A DNA stretch of 64,000 nt from Lingula anatina (lineage: Eukaryota; Animalia; Brachiopoda): assembly GCA_051362555.1 (NCBI GenBank), contig CM120641.1, positions 46,816,401 through 46,880,400 of the forward strand. The letters are read 5' to 3'. The position numbers and the translations under genes are program-made. Positions 49,246 to 60,450 of the stretch are shown piece by piece (positions within the stretch are counted from its first letter, which is position 1; each line of letters starts with the position of its first letter). Below the pieces are notes generated by a model. The model searched no databases and was not told the DNA's origin. It worked only from the letters and a program-made list of their open reading frames with translations.

Positions 49246-50964
49246 ATGAACGTAAAAACGATACTCTACAATCGAGTCCGCTTGTCGGACCAGAAAAATT
49301 GGAGTTACAAGATGGATGCTAGCATCCGCAACCGTTCTGAGCAAAGAAATCGCGTTGAGGACATTCAGTGCCAACACCTGAAGCGACAGTTTGATTTAGA
49401 ACGACAGCTGTCTTCAATGGAACTTTCACAACAGCAGAAAACTTTGTTAAGAAAGATGGACAATTTCAAAGAAAGGATAGAAGAATGTAATGAGAGGACT
49501 TTAAAAAGAAAGAAAAGTCAGGAACAAGCATATAACTCAACACTTATTCCAGATGACTATTTTTCGGATAGGAGACTTGGAAAATCGATGACGCGTTCGA
49601 AAACATTTCCTCCGGCAGATTTGATGAAAAGTGAACCATTTCAAAGTAGAAACCTTAAAAATGCCAGCCATAAAGCTGACATGGGGTACAGTGACCATAA
49701 TAAAATTGCCCCACCGTCAGAATCAACACTGAAATTAAAACGTTCAAAAACTGATATTTCGTATTATGTGCCTCTTTACGAACCGGAGGCTATAGGTTCC
49801 GTAAGGAGGCAAATGAAATTCGCCAGTAACGCAAACAGAAATTCCAGTAAATTTCTCCTTCGAGCCATAACAGACCTAGAAAAGCTTGAACACAAACATC
49901 TAGAAGAGTTTGACCACAATATGCATCAAATGAAGGCACTCGAAGAGAAAACTGGACTCCGATTACATATGTCAAAGAAAATCAAAAGGGAAATTTGGCA
50001 ACCACCGCCAACCCCAGAAAACCCACTAACTCCCGCCAATTCGGTAGCTGATATGTCATACTTCCCAGATCACACTAAAAGTCATAATTCCATGAAAGGA
50101 AAATCCAGAAAAATCTCCCGCCAATCTTTACAGCTGCCTAGCATTTCGCCCAACCAACGGGAAAACACGAAACAAAATAAATGTGGCAAGCCCAGTGTGC
50201 ATTTTAAAGAGGACGATCCGACTAAGGACCCTTTCATCAGCAAATTAAATACTTTTCTTAATAAACCAAATCCGGAGGCAAAATACACGCCAAAACGAAA
50301 GACAGTGGAAACGAAACCAACCGAGTTCAAAGCTTCTCGTTCCCTCGCGTTACCGAAGATTAACATTGGGAGTATCGCCATGGCAATGTCCCGCGATTCA
50401 ACAGCGAACCCTTTCAGCGGTTCGGCAGACGCTCCTCTGCCATTGTACGAGCGAGACAGAGGTTTGATCGACTCTAATCAGGAAAATTCAATGTGGGTAT
50501 GGCTCGGATTTGAGTCAGAGAAAGAATTCATGAAAGCGCTTGAAGCTAGGAAGCAAATGAAAAAGCTTGCGGCGGCAGGGAATAAAGAAGCTATTGCAGA
50601 ACTCCCGATAGAACCAGACGAACTCGACGCCTTCTTGGATAATCTCTCTGACGTGAGCACAGACGACGAGTCGGATCATGAACGCGACCACGAAGACGCT
50701 AGGTTTACGGTTTTTCAAGACGAATCAATTCGGAAGAAAGAAAAAGAAATGCGCAAAAAGAAAAAGGCGGAACAACAGAAGATAAAAATGATGGAGGCTG
50801 AACAACAACACCCCATCGACGCCGTTGCTGCAGCACAAGAACCTCTAAAAAAAGATGCTAAAGAACGAATGCGTACGGCTTTCCAGGCGGTGTTGGCCAT
50901 GAAAGCCTTGCAGTCAGGAATGGGGAATGGCACCACTGAAAACAGCAACGCTATTCCCGAGTAA
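49246..50964 (+). CDS. Uncharacterised 572-aa protein, single coding exon; charged coiled-coil segments and disordered regions
   Basis: 1.7-kb open frame in AT-rich DNA; acceptor tttcag|g at ~48979 and candidate upstream donors (~48693, ~47211) suggest non-coding 5' exons; AATAAA at ~51070; no recognisable domain. Confidence 0.8.
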   Translation: MNVKTILYNRVRLSDQKNWSYKMDASIRNRSEQRNRVEDIQCQHLKRQFDLERQLSSMELSQQQKTLLRKMDNFKERIEECNERTLKRKKSQEQAYNSTLIPDDYFSDRRLGKSMTRSKTFPPADLMKSEPFQSRNLKNASHKADMGYSDHNKIAPPSESTLKLKRSKTDISYYVPLYEPEAIGSVRRQMKFASNANRNSSKFLLRAITDLEKLEHKHLEEFDHNMHQMKALEEKTGLRLHMSKKIKREIWQPPPTPENPLTPANSVADMSYFPDHTKSHNSMKGKSRKISRQSLQLPSISPNQRENTKQNKCGKPSVHFKEDDPTKDPFISKLNTFLNKPNPEAKYTPKRKTVETKPTEFKASRSLALPKINIGSIAMAMSRDSTANPFSGSADAPLPLYERDRGLIDSNQENSMWVWLGFESEKEFMKALEARKQMKKLAAAGNKEAIAELPIEPDELDAFLDNLSDVSTDDESDHERDHEDARFTVFQDESIRKKEKEMRKKKKAEQQKIKMMEAEQQHPIDAVAAAQEPLKKDAKERMRTAFQAVLAMKALQSGMGNGTTENSNAIPE

Positions 50965-52186
50965 ACAGAATACAGGACATGTAACAAGGCTCAATGTAAA
51001 GAGAATAGCTAAATTCTGGTCCATTTGTTGCAATTTTCCAAGCATAAATATGTGATATCAATTGTAAATAATAAATTTTAAGTATAAAGATAGCTGTTTC
51101 TTGTTTGCTCTTATTTCAGAACACATCCAGGCTCTCAGCTTCTAAAATAAGCAGATTGCTTTAATTTGTCCAGTAGACATAACCGTACGTTTTGCTAAAC
51201 AGACAACGTAGAATTGATTTTAAAGTCACTCCAAACCCGCGAGGCTCATTAATGACACGAAAGCAAACTAATTAAGTAGTAAACTAATATCACTGCATAG
51301 CACTGAAAATCAACTTTCTTTATTGAAGCACTTATCCTACACGGTCAGATTACATCTCCAACATGGCCTGTGCGCTATGTCCACTGTTCGTCACCTTTAA
51401 CCACCCCCGAGTCGATAACTAAGCTGCACTTTGCGTCACCGTTTCCACCCCGTGTAATATCATACCACGTCTAGTTAATTAATCAGAAGTGCCTTGGCTG
51501 TCTACTGAGACATGTGAAAGAAAGTAAACAAATCATCAGTGTAATGCTACCATATAAATTTTGCAATGATCAATCTGTCGTTAGAATGAATCCTTTTGAT
51601 ATTTTTGTCGCTGGTTACTTCCCAGATAACTTTGAAACGGAAATTACCTGCGGTAACTGGAAACGTTTTCTCTTAATCAGTTCTACATAAATAAGTCATT
51701 TTTCCAGCCTTTTGATTTCCAACGCTGATGTAAGGAAAACAACATAAGCATAAATTTATGCAGCTTTATTGACATTTCTTGGTGTACAATACACCTAAAT
51801 GAACGAAGATAGACGAACTGTACTCATTTTAAAGACATATTAAATCCAATTTGTTGGACAAAAAACATCCAAAAGAACATAATTTAACTTTATTTACACA
51901 GTGTGACGTAATGCACTTAACTCAATTCAAGTAAATTATTTGAACGTATTCTGAAGACAATTTTAATAAAAAATAATGAAAATAAAACAGATATTTGGTT
52001 TGCACATATTTGTTTGCATATTTTAACTCAAACCTTGAAATGTGTTTATTTAAAGTTTTTTATCACAAATTTCATTCCTATCCAATGTCAGTCACTACCA
52101 ATGGCCCAGTCTTATTAACTTAAGTCACTCCATGAGGTAGAGAATATAGCACCGGTTACAACCCTCGTTTATACAGAACCACCTGC

Positions 52187-55100
52187 TCATGTCTTCTTCA
52201 CTAAATGCAGCAACAAAGGGTAGTGGATGTTTTCATCATATATGTCAGGATTTGTTTTCATCTGAAAAGGAGACCAATAATAACATAATATTCGAATCTT
52301 ATTCAAAGAAGACGGCAAGTTTCGCTGTGCTGTCAGCATGCCTCTGTTGTTAACTAAGGTGTCACATATTGACCCATTCTATAATAATTTAATATTTTGG
52401 GAAATTCTGACTTCACTACACACAAAGAATTTAAAAATAAATTAATCTCATAATTTTATTCCAATTCCGATTCTGTGTTGAATATTTTCAATGAAATCAC
52501 ATAATCTAAAAATTTCAATCTTTAGTAGTCAAACAATTTACCTTTGTGTGTTTTCTCCATATTAAACCGTCATAGTTCTCCATTTCAGTCATTTCAAATA
52601 ATGATTCTGCGATGTCTTTGAAGGCCTGAAAACTGCTGCCTCTCCTTGGGGCAAATATGATTGCCTCGCCCTGAAAAAATTGTATTTACATCATCATGAT
52701 TTATATATGCAAAACTTAATGAACTACATTTTATGTAAAAACAATAATGCATAAAAGGTAAATGCTGTTATTTAATATCAGCTAACACCATCAGTGCTCT
52801 ATACCTTAGGAGATATTGAAAAACATTTTTTTACCTGATCCTTTAAAAGTTTGAAAATAGTGTGAGCAAGATCTTCTCTGTACTGGTCAAAAAAGAAGCT
52901 GAAATTTAAATGGTAACTCAGTCCGCAAAAAAGACAAAATCAATTTATTTCATCAAATGTCCAGCAACTCGTTATTTACCACTCATAAATATATCCTACC
53001 ACCTTCACTGGAAAAAAATGAAGCAGCTTTATTTTAAACAAGTACACTGTTGAATCAAAGAATACACTGTTGCATCAAATGTTATGTACAGCAATATTCA
53101 ACTACACTTTTTGCTATCTGGATTTCACTGCTTCATGATTTGATATTAAAAAAATATAAACAACATCACAATCAATGTTCACAATTTATTTATGTATTAG
53201 CAAATCATGTTAAAGGCACTAGTATTCTGTTCACCCTAGGGTAAATTAATTGGAATAAGAAAATTTAAAGGCATAAAAGCATCAAATGAACATTTTCATG
53301 TAAGAAAAAACTTAGCTTACCAGTCTGCACAGATGATAAAATCAAAAGATTCTGTCAAGTTTCCAAAGTTACCATCCTTATTCCATAATAGTACTCTGGA
53401 AATAAAACAGATTTTTTTAAGGAAAAAAAAAAAAAAAAAAAGAAAGAAAAAAGAAATGCATCTGCTTTACTTCATATAATAGATGTGAGAAACATGTGGT
53501 TCAAGTTGCATACTTATAATTAGTGCACGACATCGCTTTTGAAGTAAGGCATCGACTTGTTATTTTACTTACTCAGATTTTACAATGGTGGAACCAAATT
53601 TGGTGGAATTCTTCTTAATGATTTTCTCCACACCTGAAAGGTTATGAAAAGACCATAAAGATGCATCTTACATTTATTATTTCATAACTTTTAAACAAAA
53701 AATGCCGATGAAGCTATTGTACAATCAACTTATTAACTAAGACATTTTAATCCAACTTAGGTATTTTTTATGACAAACTGCTAAAAATAATTGTAAAGTA
53801 AACCTTATATATCAAAACATATAAAATATTCATCTTTAAACAAGCAAACAAATGAAATAACTTTTAAAATGTAATTTATGTACAAATCATTTACAAGAAT
53901 TGTTGGGTAAATACTAATAATAATAAGAAGAAGAACAACAAAAGAACAACTGTGGATACTGCAGACTATTTACATGTATAGATAATTGCTAACTGGGTTT
54001 TCAATTTGAAGACATGTCAGACTTTGATGAGTTGAAAGAGAAAGTAATAAGATACTAAAGGAATACCCACTGTCCACTGATTGCTGGTTGCCATCTGTCA
54101 GCAGCACATGCTGGGCATCAGACACACAGGCCAGCTAGTAAACAATAAAGTAAATGGTGAACTTGTTATTCAACATTTCAATCACAAAGCACAGATACTG
54201 TTTTCAAAAGGTGCCAGCAATTTCAAAGGGGGAGGGGTGTGTGTGTCTTTTTCTAAATAAATAAATAAATAATAATAAAAAATAAAAAGGGCCTTTTATC
54301 ATGAAGCCTTTGTGTACTTATATAAAAAAATTCCCATAATTGACCTTTTCTGGCAAAAGGGCAGTTTTTTCAAATGCCCGACCCCCCCTTCCCCAGCTAT
54401 AGACCTATACTTCATTCAGAGAAAAGGCCAACAATGCAACATGGTACATGCACTATGAGCCAAGCTATTTTGCATGAAAAAAATAGTCTTAAACAAACTT
54501 ACTGCTACTCCTGCCAGACATGACATCCCTCCTCCCAGTTCACAAACAAATTTGTTCCTAAAACGGAAAAGAAAACTCATATAGATGTTTCAAATATCTA
54601 ACTCTGCAAGCAAAGATTTGTCATAATAACAGTTAAGTAGAACGTATGTTTTTGTTGAGTTTTATTCTATTTTTAAGAGGATTCATGCTACTTATACAAC
54701 TGATGTCACCAAAAGAAACATAATAAACTACATGTCTCATATTTGTTGGGAAAGGGGGTTGTCTGAAAGGACTAATCCTTTTGCAGATCAGCATATTTAA
54801 ATACTTACTTAAATCTATGTCTGTGTTTCAAACAATAGTAAGTTAGCACTTCTTCTGAGGGCCACACACCTAAAACATAAGGATAGGTCCAGTGTCAAAC
54901 AGACACATCTTTTTTAAATATACTGTGAATGATTGTAAACAAGTACACATCAATAAAGATCGCTGCAGCTGGAATTTCCATTGTGGGGGACTCACCTACA
55001 AGATTATAAGATTATTTCTCACTTGATTCTCCAACATATGATAATTAATGTGTATGTTTGTATGAAAACAAACAAACAAACAAACAAACAAAAACAAATA

Positions 55101-56138
55101 TTACTGAGTACTTACATACATTCCCTGTGTTATTAAAACCAATCATATCTCCAAGCTTAAATGATCCTGTGTAACTCCTAAATAGAAACAGAAAAAATTC
55201 ACTCACAGTCCCTAGACAAACGTACTGTGCTATTCAAGAAGTAAAATAAACATTACATACTTGGAAATTTTAAATGTATTTTAGACACTTAGGCTTCATT
55301 CACATGCAATGTCTACTTTCTCAATTCTATTTTCTATTCGCGGTATGTCTTATGATCACGGTCTGTGCCCTGAATATCCCGCGGCGTAATTACTGGCAGC
55401 GCGAGCCAGTTACTATAAGTTACTATAAGTAACCGGCTCGCGCTGCCAGTAATTACGTGGCGGGATATTCAGGGCACAGACTGTGATCATAAGATAGCGC
55501 GAATAGAAAATAGATTTTTAGAAAATAGACATTCCATGTGAACGAAGCCTTACTCAGAAAAGTAGATTTAACATAATGGGTATCAATGTGGCAATGCATT
55601 GTGAAATACCGTATATCTATATTCAATCTTTCACAGCTTGGGCATTTGTAATGAAGCCATAAGCATTCTTTGTCTGCCTCTTTTCCATCATCACCATTTT
55701 CCTGAACAGATGGGGTTACTTCAAGTAGACCAAAACTAGAGAATCTCCTCACTGATACTGACGAGCTGTTAATATCTCTCGACTTTCTGCCTCTCAAAAC
55801 CTGAAAAATATTTTTGAAATTATAAATAAAACTTCCAAAAACCTGCATATGTCGCAAGTAATGTGAAACTGTACCAGTACAGTACAAGTCAACTTGCCGA
55901 TGACTTGTTACTAAAGACCACTAAATACTTTTCTCACTCTTAGCTGTTCGTTTTTCTTGCAGGAGTCAAAACTTGTCGAAGTCGTTAAAAACAAGACCAA
56001 TGCAAAAACGTCAAAAACTTTCACGAAATTTCTTGTAGAGGTTAAAAAACTTACATCCCCTAGCATTAACCATCGTTGTCTAGCGACTGAAATATCAACT
56101 TGTTTCACAGCTTTGCAATCCCCCCTCACGTCGGCCAT
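52187..56138 (-). CDS. CAMKMT: Calmodulin-lysine N-methyltransferase; 11 exons
   Basis: Spliced translation: [96 protein letters not shown]. Confidence 0.95.
55292..55549. mobile_element. Young fold-back PIF/Harbinger-type MITE with TTA TSD in CAMKMT intron 2
   Basis: ggcttcattcacatg...catgtgaacgaagcc; tta on both sides (55289-55291 and 55550-55552); nearly the whole element is self-complementary. Confidence 0.85.
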
Positions 56139-56705
56139 TTTGACGCTTAAGTCCTTGGTAGCATAGTTTCGAATCCTACAATTAGCTTACCAAACCTCTT
56201 AAATTGGTTGTAAATTTATAATCATTTTTTAAAAAGCTAATTGTTTTAAAAATAGCATATATTTTGTTAAAGGTTGCCTGTTTCTACTTTGTGTATATTC
56301 GAAACAGAATATAAGGTTAGAATATACGCTTAGCATTTGTTGTGAAGCGCGTCTTTCGAAGCGCTTGCACAGTTGTTACAAGAAAAAAGGTACTGCGTTA
56401 CTGTTTATGCATTTTATGAAGGAACATGGGCTCATAAATTTATGTTGAATTTTTATTAACAGCAGTTACAAGTCTGTAAAATGCGCTTACGTACGTGTTT
56501 TTGCATGTTTTAAGTGATAAACTACAATTTTCAGTCTCACAGTGACAAAGGCACTCAGTCGTTGACCCTGAAAGTCACTGACTCAGTAACAAGATTTCCA
56601 TGTTGAACACAATAAGACATAAGGTATTCTGAAGGCCATTATATAGACTTAACTTTCTTAATTTGTATTGCAGTTCTAAATTTAAGATACAAAAAGGAAG
56701 TCAAT
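56139..56705. promoter_or_regulatory. Probable bidirectional promoter region shared by CAMKMT and CatSper1
   Basis: Divergent start codons only 567 nt apart; CpG-retaining segment; acceptor at ~56672 implies a CatSper 5' UTR exon inside this gap. Confidence 0.55.
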
Positions 56706-59700
56706 ATGACGTCCAACGCAGTGCACAAGATATTTCACCAAAGGAGAGCCTCTTTGGCAAATGAACAACGAAACTACATTCAGAATACCTATCGTAACAT
56801 GAGTCACAGAAGGAAAACATTAGGAACAGCATTAGAAGCGTCTGGAATAAAAGACAATATTGTTGAAGAGGAGGAGGAGGAGGAACAAACTGCATTGATG
56901 ATGAAAAGGTCTCAGACTCAAGAATCAGCCCATCTGCGTAGATCGTTTTCTGTTTTGTTTGAGAGTCCTGATAAAGACAAGGAAGAGATGGCAGATTTTA
57001 TAGAGGTATGGAGTGTTTTGTGTATGGTGCCTTTTGTACTCTTCAGTATTTTATACAGGTTTTAATTTTTCAAACATTTACCTGTGACATGATATTGGTC
57101 TTTTCATTAAAAAAAAAAAATTCTTCATACTCAACCCTTCTATACATTCAACAAATTTAAGATACAAATTTGCTAATTCAATATAATGCTTTTCATGCTT
57201 TGCTTTATTTACACCATTCAGATTGTGGCAGAAATGAAGAAATATATTGATGAAATATCATTATATTTATATAAGCACAATTACAATATGCTGTGAAAAC
57301 AGAATTTGCCTAGTTATTTCAATAGAAAAGAATAAAGAAAGAAAGAGATACATTAGTTAAGTCATTTTAAAGGATCATTTTCTTAGTGATTTCTTTTTTC
57401 AGGCTTATGTTGTAAAACAGCGCGAAAGTCTGTCAGAGGCAATGAGAGTGAGAGAAGAAGTGGAGTCTCCCACTGACAAACTGACCACTGGCGAGCGCCA
57501 TCGGCGTCAGAAGATCTTGAAGCAAGATGCAGGCCAGCTCCATCAGCTCTTGTATGATTTTGTGGAGTCCAAAGGCTTTGGTGCCTTCATTCTGACTGTG
57601 ATCTTTATGAACACAGGAATGTTGGTAGCCCAAACGTGGGAAGAAATTATGGTTAGAGGAGGTAATTGTGAAACCTGAATCAACTTAATATACTTATTGT
57701 TGAAAAAGAATAGAGTTGATACAAATCCAGCTGGACTTGAATTAGCATAATTATCATATCTGCTAGATATGTTTTCTTTCATCAATATAAGAAAATATCA
57801 CTTCATGGGAGATTTTCAATTTAGGCAACAAACATTCTTCTCAGAGCAACTGAGCATATATTTAACATACATGCTTTAACACTGTTCATTTTATTTGCAA
57901 TGTTCAATTTGCCACCTATGAGTTATTGTATAACTTAAATTATATTTATTTTTTTTTACCAAATTTCTGTCAGGCTGGTATTTCTCTGTGTTTGATAATT
58001 TATTCCTGGGTATATACATTATGGAAGTAGTTCTCAAGATTTATGTCTACAGAGCAAAGTTTGTAGGAGGATGGAATATATTAGGTAAGGACTGGGGCTT
58101 CTCTTATATTCTCTGAAACAGGAGAATGTATTATTTATTATTTTGTATTATTATTATTATTAAATGCACTTACATGGGGGACTCCTTATTTTTATTGAAA
58201 ACGTATCAGATATGATGCTTTACAAATTCTTAGTATTTATTATCCTTTTTAGAATGTGAACAAAATGCAAAATCTTGTTTTGTTTTAAGGTGTACATTTT
58301 GATGTAAATGTTTCTTTCTTTCATTCATTTTTATTAGCCCCTTCATATTGTATGGATAATTCAATGTAGCTGAGTGCAAAATCCTCGCATATATTGTTGA
58401 AAACCATAGATGCCAAAGAGAAAAGATTACATATTGATAGAACTTTGTTAATTCTTCTTGCAGATTTGAGCATAGTTATTTTGAGTCTTGTAGACTTTAT
58501 TCTTCCATTGGTGATGACCAGTATTGGTGGATTTAACGGCACTGCTATCTTCAGAATGCTCAGAATATTCCGTGCTGTGAGGGCGATCAGGGCCTTGAGA
58601 GTGCTTCGTACCATCAGGTAAATCATATCGAAAAAAAAAACAAAAACAATAGTATGGTATGGTTAGAGGTATCACAGAAGAAATAGAAGAAATGGGAAGC
58701 TTTTTTATGTTGTTGGGGGGGGGGGGGGGGGGTGGAGGAGGGGGGGGGGTAAACTTAGTCAGGATATAAGACTTTCTGAACTCTTAGTATTCTATCTGTT
58801 ACACTAATTAAGGCTAAAAATTTCATGAATCCCTGTGGTATGTCTAATAGCACTTCATGTGCAACTCTTAAATCAGTAATGTAACTGTCTTGAATGTCAT
58901 AAAATGTGCTTGTAGAATTTAGTGCAACACTGCATGTTTTAACAGTTAAAACTGTTGTTTTGAGCTAAGTGAATTCACAAGCTTACTAATGTTGAGAAAC
59001 ACCTAATTTTAATCAGAATTATACAAAACAAAATTCTGTTTTATTTATCTTCATTTTCTATTTCACATTTCCCAGGTTTCTTTCCAATCTCCAAGTTATT
59101 ATGACCACCTGTCTGCAGTCTATTCAGTCCATGGGGGCCATTGTGGGACTGATGACACTCTTCATGTGTATCCTCTGATAAATTAGGAACACCTTTGATT
59201 AAGTGATTCTATCACATTCAGAGCAGACATTTAATCCAGACTGAGCTTCAGGTCTGGGGTTTACCAGCACCTTCGTTTTCAATTCTATATTCATACACAC
59301 AGGATTTTTACAGAATTGGATTTTAGTGTATTGTGTCAATCACAAACTCTCTATCATTATCCAAATTTTGTGCTTCCAAAAAAGGAGGTAACATATAGTT
59401 AATAGCCCTGTTTAAAACTTGTGCCATGACTGAGATCAGACTGATAAATAAGCAGGCATATATTGCATTTTGAAAATGAAGATGTTTGCCCATTTCAGAT
59501 TTGAAACTCAAGCTGTGTTAATCAAATTTACCAGTAATTGCTCATTTACCATTACAAACTTACCATATAACATAACTTACCTGAAAACACATTGATCTGT
59601 CTACTTGGAAATGGAGAGAAACGTTAAAAAAAAAGAGAAAAGTGTGTGGGTGGTGGTGTAGAAATAATTTCTCTGCATTACCTTGACTTATACATCAGAT

Positions 59701-60370
59701 ATGTTTGCAGTGATAGGGCGTGGTCTGTATAGTGGGGTGGACCCTAACAGGTTTGGTACATTACCCTCAGCTACCTTCACACTGTTTCAGCTGCTTACTC
59801 TGGATGACTGGTTCTACATATACAGTGATGTCATTGACGTTTACCCAGGTCTGTCAGCACTTCAACACTTAAATAATTTTCTCTTTTAATAAATTAATAC
59901 ATATTCAACTCTGTCAAAACTTTTATTTGGTAAGTAGAAACATATGCTGAATATCAGCATTGTGGGATTGAAATTTTGAGTGAACTTCATTTATTTGCAA
60001 AGGCAGTTGAGATAGAATTATTTAAATTACTCATTCATGCTGAGTTTGAAATACATTTTTATATTTTAAAGAATAAATTTGTACTTGTATTTGGTAATGT
60101 CAAATGCAATAATGCTTTCCTTTTTATTTTCAGGTTATTGGCACATTCTGATTTTTCTTCTCATTTACATTGTTTTGGAGTATTTTATCTTTCTCAAGTA
60201 AGTAGATTTTCATAAAGTTAGAATAAATTAAGTGAAAATACTTAAATTGTTGTGCAAACTGAAAAAAATTTCTTTATTCTGACAAAATATTCAAATTTTT
60301 TCGAAGCTGTTCTCATTGATATATATATATAGATATATATATATATCAATGAGAACAGCTTCGAAAAAAT

Positions 60371-60450
<80 letters not shown>

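Noticed and set aside
48993-49377. Overlapping 109-aa and 111-aa ORFs with a duplicated peptide
   Set aside because: Explained by the 45-bp duplication in the probable 5' UTR of the 572-aa gene; no protein features
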